NCBI GenBank assembly: GCA_965249115.1
Contig: CBDFLI010000001.1
Location: 282,908 to 346,907 of the forward strand
Length of the DNA stretch: 64,000 nucleotides
Direction: 5' to 3'
Source of the DNA: Dehalococcoidia bacterium
Lineage (GTDB): Bacteria; Chloroflexota; Dehalococcoidia; Lucifugimonadales; QGNO01
The position numbers and the translations under genes were made by a program. The stretch's first letter is position 1; each line of letters starts with the position of its first letter. A model generated the notes under the pieces. The model was not told the origin of the DNA. It ran no database searches and was given only the letters and a program-made list of their open reading frames with translations. This document shows positions 38,227-47,626 of this stretch, piece by piece.

Positions 38227-39144
38227 ATGACCGAACGCCGCGTGCCAAGTGGGGCAGAAGTCGCTTCCTACTTGAGGGACAGACGCAACTGGGGACGTTG
38301 GGGAGACAAAGGCCCAGCGGGTGCCATGAACCTGATAACCGCTGACAAGCGGCTGGAGGCTGTTAGTCTCGTAAAGAGTGGCCGCACCGTATCCCTTAGC
38401 AGGCCGTTTCCGGTCACGCCGTCAGTCGATAACCCGCATCCGGCACAGCATTACGTAATCAAGAACGATCGGCCTACCGGTGGGGGCTCTGCAATCGACT
38501 TCTACGGGGTCCGTTACCACGGCCTCGCGACGACTCACATAGATGCGCTTTGCCATGTGTGGGACGAGGACGGTATGTGGGACGGGCGCAAGCCCCAAAA
38601 CACAATAACATTCTCGGGCTCCAGTTACGGGGCGGTGGACACCTGGAGCGATGGGATACTAACTCGTGGAATACTCTTGGATGTTCCCAGGCACCGGGGA
38701 AAGGAGTATGTGACCGTGGATGAACCAGTGCACGGCTGGGAACTGGAGGACATTGCCAGGGAGGGGGGACTGTCCATAAAGCCAGGCGACGCAGTTATGG
38801 TGTACAGCGGTCGCGAAGCCTACTCCCGGGACCACGACGGCCCTTGGGGAGGCAGCGCGGAGCGTCCCGGTCTTCACGCCAGTTGCCTGCCCTTTGTACG
38901 TGACAACGATATATCCGTCTTGGGTTGGGATATGATGGACGCAGAACCCAATGAATACGGTATCCTTTGGACTGTGCACGGAGCGATATTCGCCTATGGG
39001 GTCGCCCTGCTCGACAACGCGCTTTTGCAACCTTTGGCAGAAGCGTGTGCGGAAGAAGGCAGGTATGAGTTCATGCTCACCATAAACCCTCTCAATGTTA
39101 TCGGCGGCACCGGGTCTCCCGTAAACCCCATCGCGGTGTTCTGA
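38227..39144 (+). CDS. Cyclase-family protein (kynurenine-formamidase-like fold)
   Basis: GLATTHIDALCHVWDEDGMWDG. GGAGG RBS before ATG 38227. Confidence 0.7.
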   Translation: MTERRVPSGAEVASYLRDRRNWGRWGDKGPAGAMNLITADKRLEAVSLVKSGRTVSLSRPFPVTPSVDNPHPAQHYVIKNDRPTGGGSAIDFYGVRYHGLATTHIDALCHVWDEDGMWDGRKPQNTITFSGSSYGAVDTWSDGILTRGILLDVPRHRGKEYVTVDEPVHGWELEDIAREGGLSIKPGDAVMVYSGREAYSRDHDGPWGGSAERPGLHASCLPFVRDNDISVLGWDMMDAEPNEYGILWTVHGAIFAYGVALLDNALLQPLAEACAEEGRYEFMLTINPLNVIGGTGSPVNPIAVF

Positions 39145-39380
39145 GGAACGGGATATCGGCTCAATATTGGTGGTAATGGCCGCAGGCCGTCAAGCCTCTG
39201 GTCAAAGTTCAGCCAAACCGAGCGGACGAGATCTTGAGGTCACCACTTGACGTGCTCTCTCGGTACGGTAACATTAGCGTCGTATGTAAGGCACTGCCAC
39301 AGGACCGTCTGACAGAACGTTGTTTGTAAGTCGGACGCGCCGGTCTTTTCAACACACGTACATCGAGGTGATGGCAACAA

Positions 39381-40919
39381 ATGGATGAATCGCTAGATCT
39401 TAGAGGGTACTGGCGCATATTCACGAGGTGGTGGTGGGTCTTGCTCCTCGGCGTGATGGTCGGTGCGACGGCGGGTTTCATCGTCAGCAGTTCCAGGCCG
39501 GTCATCTTCGAGGCTACATCCAAAGTGTTAGTTCAGCGGGGTGTGAGCCCTGGGACCCCCTCCCTTAGCGATATCCAGGCGAGCCAACAACTCGCCATAA
39601 GCTACGGCGATCTGATCAAGACCCGACCTATTCTGGATCGTGTTGTTGAGACGTTGTCTTTGCCATATGGTACCGATGCTTTATCCGGCAAGTTTTCCGT
39701 CACTAGCCCCCGCAGCCTCATAGAGATCAAAGCTTTCGACCAGGACCCCGAGATGGCGATGTCCCTGGCCAACGCAATCGCCCAAAGCTTCATTGGTAAA
39801 TTGCGTGACCAACAGTTTCTGCAAATCGCCCAGTTCCAGAGCTCACTCGCCCAATATGGCATCAATGAGGACCCCGGCATTATTGCCGCCCAGGCGGCCA
39901 CCGTAAGCACCCTGCGCATGGCCGAGGAGGCGGGTCTACCCTCAGCTCCCTTGAGCAGCCGGTTTGGGCTCTATATTGGGTTAGGGGTGGTGGCCGGACT
40001 GGTCCTTGCTGGTTTTGCCGTCTCCCTGCTCGAGTTCCTGGACGACAAGGTGAAATCGCCGGCAGAGCTACAGGCGCTAACCGGATTACCTGTCGTCGGC
40101 TACATCGTCCGGCAACGGTCCAAGAACCATTCGGGATCTGTTGCTCTGAACGATAGCCGTGTGACCACTGGATTGACTGAATCTTACAACTTCCTGCGGT
40201 CAAACCTGAAGTTCGCGGCCCTTCGCACCCAGGATGGCTTACATGCTTTGTTGGTCACCAGCGCCACCCCAATGGAAGGAAAGACTACTACTGCAGCCAA
40301 CCTGGCTATTTCTGAAGCACGACAAGGCAAGGCGGTTATTCTGGTAGATAGTGACCTACGCAAACCTGCCTTGCACCGGATTTTTGATATTTCGCAGCAA
40401 AAGGGGCTTACCAGCGTCATACTTGGCGATATTCAACTTGAAGAAGCATTGGTTCCAACGGACGTAGAGGGCCTTAGACTGGTGCCCAGCGGTCCGCTTC
40501 CACCGGATGCTACCCATGTTCTTGAATCTTCAAGAATGAATGACGTTGTGGATCAGATGAAGCGCAGCGCAGACCTGGTAATCTTCGATAGCCCTCCTTT
40601 GCTGGTCGTAATCGATCCAATGTTGATCGTGTCGTATGTCGAAGGCGTTGTTCTGGTGGTCAATTCTGAAAAGACGAGGCAGGAGGCCGTCAGACTCGCG
40701 GTTCAGAATCTCCAGCGAACCAGCTCGGTGTTTGTGGTCTCGGTGCTGAACATGGCCAACACCAAGGGAAGCAACACTGCCTACTATTATTACGACACAG
40801 CTCACTACTACAGCGTGGACGGAACAGAAGGGTCCAGGCATCAGGCCAGTGACTCGGGTGGCCGGTTCAAGTTCTTCAAAAGGCTAGCTCGGCGTCGTGA
40901 GGATGCGACCAAGACGTAG
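39381..40919 (+). CDS. Polysaccharide co-polymerase / BY-family tyrosine autokinase (Wzz + CpsD-like)
   Basis: N-terminal TM + Wzz region. Walker A TPMEGKTTTAANLA, A' ILVDSDLRKP, B VIFDSPP. C-terminal Tyr cluster AYYYYDTAHYY. Confidence 0.85.
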   Translation: MDESLDLRGYWRIFTRWWWVLLLGVMVGATAGFIVSSSRPVIFEATSKVLVQRGVSPGTPSLSDIQASQQLAISYGDLIKTRPILDRVVETLSLPYGTDALSGKFSVTSPRSLIEIKAFDQDPEMAMSLANAIAQSFIGKLRDQQFLQIAQFQSSLAQYGINEDPGIIAAQAATVSTLRMAEEAGLPSAPLSSRFGLYIGLGVVAGLVLAGFAVSLLEFLDDKVKSPAELQALTGLPVVGYIVRQRSKNHSGSVALNDSRVTTGLTESYNFLRSNLKFAALRTQDGLHALLVTSATPMEGKTTTAANLAISEARQGKAVILVDSDLRKPALHRIFDISQQKGLTSVILGDIQLEEALVPTDVEGLRLVPSGPLPPDATHVLESSRMNDVVDQMKRSADLVIFDSPPLLVVIDPMLIVSYVEGVVLVVNSEKTRQEAVRLAVQNLQRTSSVFVVSVLNMANTKGSNTAYYYYDTAHYYSVDGTEGSRHQASDSGGRFKFFKRLARRREDATKT

Positions 40920-40971
40920 GTTCATCGTGGCTGTCAAGTTGCCAACAGTCCGTATTGGGATATAAATATCG

Positions 40972-42246
40972 TTGAAACATCGCCTGGGGATTTTGCTGGC
41001 ACCGGGAATTGGCCTTAAGCGCTGGTTGGCACTCTTCGTTTTCGGTCTGGGGTTATTCGGACTTGGAGTCGCGTTCGTTATAGCCGTGCCAATTAGTTCC
41101 AAGATGTTGCCGGTCCTCCGTTCCGTTACCCTGTCGGGTTTCCCTCCCCTTGTCCGTGGCGTAGTTTTCATCCTGCTGGGTTCAGGCTTGGGTGGGTTCG
41201 CTCTTTACAGATTCTACCGCGTGTTCATTTCTGGTATCCAACTGGGAAACGGGAGGGTAGATATCCTCACCACGTTGGACCAAAGACGGCGGTTGCAGCA
41301 TGGTCTGCGCATAGTCGCAATTGGTGGAGGGACGGGACTAACTGCCGTGCTCAGGGGGCTTAGGCATGAGACAAGCAACCTGACGGCTATAGTTACGATA
41401 TCCGACGACGGTGGTAGTTCTGGGCGCCTAAGAGACGACCTTGATATCCCGCCTATGGGAGATGCCCGGAGTTGTCTCGTAGCGCTGTCGCAAGCCGAAC
41501 CTCAGCTGGAAGAGTTGTTCCGCTATCGTTTCACCGGTGAGTCGTACTTAGAGGGCCACAGTCTGGGTAATCTCCTTCTGGCGGCGTTATACAAATTGAA
41601 CGGAGGCATCTCCGAGTCGCTTGAGGCGGCAGCCCGGCTACTTTCTCTATCGGGCCGGGTTCTGCCCGTGGCAACCGATAGCCATATTGTTTTAATGGGG
41701 GAGACCACCTCCGGTGAGGTCTTGAAGGGCGAGTCGGCAGTTGGCCATGCCCCAAGCAGACTGCAACGCGTATGGATCACTCCGGTAGAGACCTCCGCTA
41801 GCGAAGCTGCATTGGAGGCCATTAGAAATGCCGAATTAATCGTCATCGGACCAGGGAGTCTCTACACCAGCATAATACCTAATTTCTTGATAGGTGGCAT
41901 ATCTGAGGCTGTTGAAGATTCGTCTGCCCCAAAGGTTTTCATCTGCAACGTAGCGACCCAGCCCGGCGAGACCGATGGATACGGAGTGAGGGACCACCTC
42001 GAGGCATTCAAGGCACACGCGGGCATAAATGTTACTCATCTGTTGTTTAACAACAAAGTGGAGTCGCTGCCAGAACAGCGTGGACTGACGCCGGTTGGTC
42101 CGGATTACCAGTTCGACGAGCTCGGCTGCATTGTGATCCAGGCGGATGTGATAGACAAGACCCACCCCACGCGTCATGACCCCCGAAAGCTCGCCCGGGT
42201 TCTTACAGCCGTTCGCCGCGGTTCAAAGCGAGCCAGTACCGCTTAA
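40972..42246 (+). CDS. yvcK: YvcK/CofD-family gluconeogenesis-factor-like protein with N-terminal TM segment
   Basis: IVAIGGGTGLTAVLRGL...AIVTISDDGGSSGRLRDDLDIPPMGDARSCLVAL. TTG start. Confidence 0.8.
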   Translation: MKHRLGILLAPGIGLKRWLALFVFGLGLFGLGVAFVIAVPISSKMLPVLRSVTLSGFPPLVRGVVFILLGSGLGGFALYRFYRVFISGIQLGNGRVDILTTLDQRRRLQHGLRIVAIGGGTGLTAVLRGLRHETSNLTAIVTISDDGGSSGRLRDDLDIPPMGDARSCLVALSQAEPQLEELFRYRFTGESYLEGHSLGNLLLAALYKLNGGISESLEAAARLLSLSGRVLPVATDSHIVLMGETTSGEVLKGESAVGHAPSRLQRVWITPVETSASEAALEAIRNAELIVIGPGSLYTSIIPNFLIGGISEAVEDSSAPKVFICNVATQPGETDGYGVRDHLEAFKAHAGINVTHLLFNNKVESLPEQRGLTPVGPDYQFDELGCIVIQADVIDKTHPTRHDPRKLARVLTAVRRGSKRASTA

Positions 42247-42267
42247 TCTCCCCGATTTGACTAATCT

Positions 42268-42939
42268 TTGAACGACGAGCATAATTGCGGTACTGTGCGT
42301 TCATCTTTTGAACATGACAACAATCTGGAAGAGGACACATACCGAGAGTTGAGCCTGCTCTCGGAAGTGCAGTCTACGCCTGAGACCACACAGCGACACC
42401 TGGCAACCAGGCTGCGTATCTCCCTTGGCTTGACTAACTTGCTTGTCCGGAATGTGGCGCGCAAGGGGTATTTGCGCGTCGTTCGAGCGGGCTGGCGCCG
42501 CCGTTTGTACGCACTGACACCGACCGGTTTCTCCCGGAAAGTCCAGCTTACCATTGCTTATGTACGGCGCTATCTAGACCACTACCGCTGGGTGCGCCAG
42601 ACCCTCAGGGAGGAGCTGGAGCCTCTTGGCCTCAACGTGGAGTCCCGGGTAGCGCTCTATGGGACTGGTGAGTTCGCTGAGCTGGTGTACCTGGCACTCA
42701 AAGAGTTAGGCGTAGAACAGTTGGATGTGTTTGCCCAGGATAGCGTGCCCAACGGTAGGTTTCTCGGTATATCGGTCCGCCACGTGGCGACCCTTAAGCT
42801 GGAGGACTACGATCGAGTGGTCGTCGGGTTTATCAGTGATGACCAGGGGACCATCATTGACATACCACTTCTTGGAGACGCTCGCGAGAAGCTGGTTACC
42901 TTCTTCGGGGACCGCGGAGCCCGCCATGATAGCGAGTAA
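42268..42939 (+). CDS. Winged-helix (MarR-like) regulator fused to a Rossmann-like C-terminal domain
   Basis: TQRHLATRLRISLGLTNLLVRNVARKGYLRVV (wHTH) followed by RVALYGTGEFAELVYLALKELG...YDRVVVGF (Rex-like architecture by eye). Confidence 0.5.
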   Translation: MNDEHNCGTVRSSFEHDNNLEEDTYRELSLLSEVQSTPETTQRHLATRLRISLGLTNLLVRNVARKGYLRVVRAGWRRRLYALTPTGFSRKVQLTIAYVRRYLDHYRWVRQTLREELEPLGLNVESRVALYGTGEFAELVYLALKELGVEQLDVFAQDSVPNGRFLGISVRHVATLKLEDYDRVVVGFISDDQGTIIDIPLLGDAREKLVTFFGDRGARHDSE

Positions 42940-43017
42940 TCTACGGTCTGAATTGACGGCGAAGTGCGTGCCATACCGGCCCATAGCGGCGGTTGAATTG
43001 TGTCTGGAGGTGCTGTG

Positions 43018-43617
43018 ATGGCCTTACGGTGGTATGTTGCTCGTACCAGACCCCTGACGGAGTACTCCGCCAGGAAAGTCATCGAACGTGCCGGCATTGA
43101 GGTGTTTTTGCCGTGTATCCATACTCTACGACCCCGCCCTGGTCGTGGAAATGCACCATTGTTCCCGGGATATATTTTCCTCCGCTATGACCTGGAGGAA
43201 CTGGGCTGGCAGCCCCTGGGCCGGTATCCTCAGCTTTTGGCGCTCGTAGCCTTCGATGGGGCCGTGCCGTACCTGCCCGATGAAGTCATCGCCGAGTTGG
43301 CCCAGCGCGTAGAGGCCTTCAACGAGCGCGGTGAACTATTGACCCGTTTCCACCCCGGCGACTGGGTACACGTTTCCATCGGATCTGTGGACAGCCTTGC
43401 TCAGGTAGTCGCCGAGGCAGGGTCATCGCGGCAACGTGTAAAGGTCTTAATGGAGTTTATGGGCCGCATGATCTCAGCCCAGGTGCCATGGCAGAGCCTG
43501 CGCTCGGCTCAAGATTACGGGCCATCCGCATATGGGATGCATAGGGGTCCTCGTCGGACCAGAGGAAGAGGCCGGTGGGTCAGGGGCTTCGGGCCCCGGG
43601 TTCCCGCCAGCGTGTAG
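43018..43617 (+). CDS. Specialised NusG paralog (NGN + KOW) with Arg/Gly-rich tail
   Basis: RWYVARTRPLTEYSARKVIERAGIEVFLP...PLFPGYIFLRYD (NGN); FHPGDWVHVSIGSVDSLAQVV (KOW). GGAGG RBS before ATG 43018. Confidence 0.75.
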   Translation: MALRWYVARTRPLTEYSARKVIERAGIEVFLPCIHTLRPRPGRGNAPLFPGYIFLRYDLEELGWQPLGRYPQLLALVAFDGAVPYLPDEVIAELAQRVEAFNERGELLTRFHPGDWVHVSIGSVDSLAQVVAEAGSSRQRVKVLMEFMGRMISAQVPWQSLRSAQDYGPSAYGMHRGPRRTRGRGRWVRGFGPRVPASV

Positions 43618-43698
43618 GGGACTCACACCGGTGGTGTAACGAACGCCTTTCGTCGTAGCAACTGCTCCGGGGGCGCTCCTCATAGCGGTACGAAACTT

Positions 43699-43914
43699 CC
43701 GGTTGAATTCCGGGATGGCGGAGCTGTGAGGTATGGCGTCCAAGACCCCAAAAAGCAAACAGTCCTCGGAGACAATGGGACCAAGAGGTGTGGAATTGAA
43801 CCTGGGCCGGTTGAATTCCGGGATGGCAGAGCTGTGAGGTACGGTGTCCAAGACCCCAAAAAGCAAACAGTCCTCGGAGACAACGGGACCGAGAGGTGTG
43901 GAATTGAACCTGGG
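43699..43914 (+). repeat. 2 x 108-bp tandem direct repeat in the operon leader (103/108 identical)
   Basis: Unit 1 is 43699-43806 and unit 2 is 43807-43914. Each starts with GGTTGAATTCC and ends with the near-complement GGAATTGAACC. Confidence 0.95.
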
Positions 43915-44536
43915 AGTAATCCCCGCTAGGGGCGGGAGCAAGGGAATACCTAGAAAGAATATCAGGCCGCTCTTGGGGCGACCCCTCATTGCCTGGAGCA
44001 TCGACGCTGCCAGGGAATCGGAATATATTGACCGGTTCGTTGTCTCCACAGAGGACCCAGAGATTGCGGAGGTGGCTACCAGGGAGGGGGCAGAGGTGCT
44101 CTGGCGGCCCGCCGAGTTGGCTCAAGACGATACTACCACCGTAGCCGTCCTCCAGCAGGTCCTGAAGGAGATTGACTCCGAGGTGGTGGTATTGCTCCAG
44201 CCCACCTCGCCGGTCCGAGTTGACAACATACTGGACCGCGCCATGGAGCGTTTCTTGGAGACGGGCGTGGACTCCCTCTCCACGGGCTATATGGTGAAGG
44301 CAGTTGAGTGGGGCGCTATGCAGAACACTCCAAGGCAGAAGATCAAAGGCTTCTTCTACGATGATGGCTGCGTGATCATCAACAAGGCGTGGGTTCTGCG
44401 TCAGGGCCGGTGGTTCGGCGACACACGGGAGCCGATGATAGTAGAGAAGCACTACAACTTTGAGATAGACGACGAAGTAGACTTTTGGGCCGTCGAACGC
44501 ATCATGGACAGGCTTCTACAGCGTAGCGAAAAGTAG
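43844..44536 (+). CDS. Acylneuraminate/ulosonate cytidylyltransferase (CTP_transf_3), copy 1
   Basis: GVIPARGGSKGIPRKNIRPLLGRPLIAWSI. The start is ambiguous (GTG 43844, GTG 43898 or TTG 43904) because the 5' end lies in repeat unit 2. Confidence 0.85.
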   Translation: MSKTPKSKQSSETTGPRGVELNLGVIPARGGSKGIPRKNIRPLLGRPLIAWSIDAARESEYIDRFVVSTEDPEIAEVATREGAEVLWRPAELAQDDTTTVAVLQQVLKEIDSEVVVLLQPTSPVRVDNILDRAMERFLETGVDSLSTGYMVKAVEWGAMQNTPRQKIKGFFYDDGCVIINKAWVLRQGRWFGDTREPMIVEKHYNFEIDDEVDFWAVERIMDRLLQRSEK

Positions 44537-44547
44537 GGGGTGCAGTT

Positions 44548-45447
44548 ATGGTAAGCGGGCCAACCAACAGTAGCAACGGTGTGGGTGTACAGGCTCCTGA
44601 GAGAGTGTTTATCATCGGCGAAATTGGCATCAACCACAACGGCAGCCTTGATATCGCCAAGAAGCTAATAGATATGGCCAAGGCAGTGGGCTGCGATGCT
44701 GTCAAGTTCCAGAAGAGGACCGTTGACATAGTTTACACGCCGGAGTTCCTGGCCGAGCCCAGGGAGAGTCCTTGGGGCGCCACGCAGCGAGAGCAGAAGG
44801 AGGGACTGGAGTTCGGCAAGGAGGAGTACGATGTTATAGACGACTACTGCCGCACGGTGGCAATAGACTGGTTTGCCTCCTCTTGGGACATCCCCAGCCA
44901 GACCTTCCTGCGGCAGTACGACCTCAAGTACAATAAGGTAGCCTCTGCCATGCTCACCCATACGCCCCTGTTGGAGACCATCGCCGAGGAGGGGAAACAT
45001 ACCCTCGTCTCTACCGGGATGAGCGAGTATCCGGATATCGACAGGGCGGTGGAGATATTCAGAAAGCACGATTGCCCTTTCACGCTGATGCACTGCGTAT
45101 CAACCTACCCCGCCGCCGAAGAAGACCTGAACCTGCTTTGCATACCGGCCCTCCGGCAGCGGTACCAGTGCCCCGTTGGCTATAGCGGTCACGAGGTGGG
45201 AGTCCTTCCTGCGGTGGTGGCTGTAATGCTTGGTGCGGAGGTGGTGGAACGTCACATTACCCTGGACCGGGCTATGTACGGGAGCGATCAGGCTGCGTCC
45301 CTGGAGCAGCGCGGTCTGGAGATTGTGGTCAGGGATATACGGGGATTGCGAGAGGTGCTGGGAGACGGCAACAAGAGGGTTCTGGAGAAAGAGATACCCA
45401 TCGCTGAGAAGCTCCGCTACTTTGCGGTTGGCGGTGGGACCCCCTGA
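44548..45447 (+). CDS. NeuB-family PEP-condensing ulosonate (phosphate) synthase lacking the C-terminal SAF domain
   Basis: 299 aa: FIIGEIGINHNGSLDIAKKLIDMAKAVGCDAVKFQKR...VGYSGHEVG...VVERHITLDR. Ends where the SAF domain would begin. Confidence 0.85.
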   Translation: MVSGPTNSSNGVGVQAPERVFIIGEIGINHNGSLDIAKKLIDMAKAVGCDAVKFQKRTVDIVYTPEFLAEPRESPWGATQREQKEGLEFGKEEYDVIDDYCRTVAIDWFASSWDIPSQTFLRQYDLKYNKVASAMLTHTPLLETIAEEGKHTLVSTGMSEYPDIDRAVEIFRKHDCPFTLMHCVSTYPAAEEDLNLLCIPALRQRYQCPVGYSGHEVGVLPAVVAVMLGAEVVERHITLDRAMYGSDQAASLEQRGLEIVVRDIRGLREVLGDGNKRVLEKEIPIAEKLRYFAVGGGTP

Positions 45448-45450
45448 ACA

Positions 45451-45804
45451 ATGATTTACTGCTTTGATATTGACGGTACCATCTGCTCCAACACCGATGG
45501 TGAGTACAAGCGTGCGGAACCAGACCGCCATGTCATCCAGCGCATCAACCGCCTGGCTGAAGAGGGGCACACCATCTATCTGTACACCGCCCGGGGTTCT
45601 ACAACCGGCATTGACTGGAGGGAGTACACGCAGGAACAGCTTCAGCGCTGGGGTGTGACCTATCATGAGTTGGTCTTGGGTAAGCCCACGGCGGACGTCT
45701 ATATCGACGATAAGGCGATCAATATACGGGACTGGCTTCGTGAGGAGGTTCATGGGGTTCCCAAAAAGGCTGACCAGGGTGAAGTGATGGAACGCCATGA
45801 GTAG
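45451..45804 (+). CDS. Small HAD-superfamily phosphatase (capsule-biosynthesis phosphatase-like)
   Basis: MIYCFDIDGTIC (DxDGT motif I)...LYTARG...GKPTADVYIDDKA. Confidence 0.7.
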   Translation: MIYCFDIDGTICSNTDGEYKRAEPDRHVIQRINRLAEEGHTIYLYTARGSTTGIDWREYTQEQLQRWGVTYHELVLGKPTADVYIDDKAINIRDWLREEVHGVPKKADQGEVMERHE

Positions 45805-46786
45805 TGCTGAGCGGGTAGTTTACTTTAACGGTGAGTTCGTTCCCGAATCAGAGGCTAAAATCTCCATATATGACTCGGCCCTGATGTTCGGAGACATGGT
45901 CTTTGAGATGACCCGCTCCTTCAATAAGGCGCAGTTCAAGCTTCGTGAACACCTGGAGCGGCTCTATCGGTCCATCAATATGGTACAGATACCGGTATCC
46001 ATGTCCATCGACCAGATGGAGGGAGCGGTGTATGAGACCATCGAGGCCAATGTGCCCGCCTTCGCGGAGGATGATGAACACAGGGTGCTTATCAACGTTT
46101 CCCGCGGACCTCTCTCCATATATCAGGATGTGGTGGGAATGCCTAAGGGGCCAACCATCATCATCGCGGATTTTCCCCTGCGCTGGACGGTAGCCGGGAT
46201 GGGGCGTCTGTTCGACGTTGGGATCAACGCGGCCATCCCCTCTCAGAGAGCCATACCAGCCTATTTGCTGGACCCCAAGATCAAGAACAGGAGCCGGCTT
46301 CATTACATGATGGCCAACATAGAGGTCTCCAACTTGGAGGGAGACAACAACTGGGCCCTGCTCTTGGACCCGGACGGCCACGTCGCCGAGGGCACCGGGG
46401 ACAACTTCTTTATCGTGAAGGACGGGGTGCTCCTCACCCCGGAAGGCCGTAACATCCTGAGAGGCGTCAGCCGGGAGTACGTCCTCAAGGAACTGGCTCC
46501 TCAGTTGAGTCTTGAGGGTGTCGAGCAGAACATCGAGAAATACGATGTCTTTGCAGCCGACGAAGCCTTTATGACGGGCACCCCCTTCTCAATTCTGCCC
46601 GTCACGTCGCTGGACGGCGTACCTATCGGTGACGGGAAGGTCGGTAGGGTCACCGGGATGCTGCTGGACGCCTGGAGCGCCAATGTGGGGGTAGACATAG
46701 TCCGGCAGATCAAAGCGTGGGACTCTTCAGGTCCGGGCGCCACCTCGGATGCTCCGTCGCCATACCGGTTCAAAAGGACGCGATGA
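45797..46786 (+). CDS. Fold-type IV (BCAT/DAAT-class) PLP aminotransferase
   Basis: VYFNGEFVPESEAKISIYDSALMFGDMVFEMTRSF...GDNFFIVKDGVLLTPEGRNILRGVSR. Confidence 0.85.
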   Translation: MSSAERVVYFNGEFVPESEAKISIYDSALMFGDMVFEMTRSFNKAQFKLREHLERLYRSINMVQIPVSMSIDQMEGAVYETIEANVPAFAEDDEHRVLINVSRGPLSIYQDVVGMPKGPTIIIADFPLRWTVAGMGRLFDVGINAAIPSQRAIPAYLLDPKIKNRSRLHYMMANIEVSNLEGDNNWALLLDPDGHVAEGTGDNFFIVKDGVLLTPEGRNILRGVSREYVLKELAPQLSLEGVEQNIEKYDVFAADEAFMTGTPFSILPVTSLDGVPIGDGKVGRVTGMLLDAWSANVGVDIVRQIKAWDSSGPGATSDAPSPYRFKRTR

Positions 46787-47625
46787 ACCCCATAGGTTTC
46801 ATGCAAGGCCGTTTGTCTCCTAAAGTGGGAGACCGAATCCAGGCGTTTCCCTGGGACCACTGGCAGGAGGAGTTCCATCTGGCGACGCAACACGGGTTTC
46901 CTGTGTTGGAGTGGGTCTTTGAATCCGAGCGTTTCCAGGAGAACCCCATTTGGACGGAAGAGGGGCAGGCTCAGATGCAATCCCTTTCTAGCCAAACCGG
47001 AACTAGAGTTGAATCGGTATGCGCCGATTACTTCATGGAGCGGCCGCTATTCGGAGTTGGAGGCGATGAGCAAGAAAGGTCGGGTCTGGTACTGGAGCGG
47101 CTCATTGAATGCTGCGCGCGTCTTGGGGTCTCTTACCTGGAGATCCCCTTGGTGGACAACTCCAGCCTGCGGAGCGCGTCGGACAAGGAGGGCCTGGTGG
47201 ATGTCGTGGCCCGGTTCCTGCCGAAAGCAGTGTCGCTGGGTGTCACCTTGACCCTGGAAACTGACCTGGCACCCCAGGCGTTTCGACAGCTCTTGGAGAC
47301 CTTCGACTCCCCTAACCTCCGGGCCAACTACGACATGGGCAACAGTGCCTCCCTGGGCTACGACCCCGACGAGGAGATGGACGCCATCGGCTCCTGGATA
47401 GCCAACGTCCACGTAAAAGACCGGGTGCTTCATGGCGGAACGGTGCCCCTGGGAGCCGGGGATGCTCATCTGCCAAGGGTGTTCCGTGGTCTACGGCGCA
47501 TCGGATACTCTGGTACGTACATATTGCAGACTGCACGCCAGCCTGACGATGTCCAGGCGGCGTGCGGTTACCGCGACCAGGTCTTGAATCTAATGCAACA
47601 AACGGAGCATTCCAACGGATCTTGA
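46783..47625 (+). CDS. Xylose-isomerase-like TIM-barrel sugar(-phosphate) isomerase/epimerase
   Basis: ATGA-coupled start. GFMQGRLSP...LEWVFES...YLEIPLVDN...TLETDL...NYDMGNSASLGYD...VHVKD. Confidence 0.7.
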   Translation: MNPIGFMQGRLSPKVGDRIQAFPWDHWQEEFHLATQHGFPVLEWVFESERFQENPIWTEEGQAQMQSLSSQTGTRVESVCADYFMERPLFGVGGDEQERSGLVLERLIECCARLGVSYLEIPLVDNSSLRSASDKEGLVDVVARFLPKAVSLGVTLTLETDLAPQAFRQLLETFDSPNLRANYDMGNSASLGYDPDEEMDAIGSWIANVHVKDRVLHGGTVPLGAGDAHLPRVFRGLRRIGYSGTYILQTARQPDDVQAACGYRDQVLNLMQQTEHSNGS

Positions 47626-47626
47626 A

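Noticed and set aside
43474-44452. Minus-strand ORFs (191 and 290 aa) and the 67-aa plus-strand repeat peptide across the 108-bp repeats
   Set aside because: The minus-strand ORFs are antisense shadows of the cytidylyltransferase gene. The repeat period (36 codons) keeps several frames open by construction, and no RBS or family signal is present.
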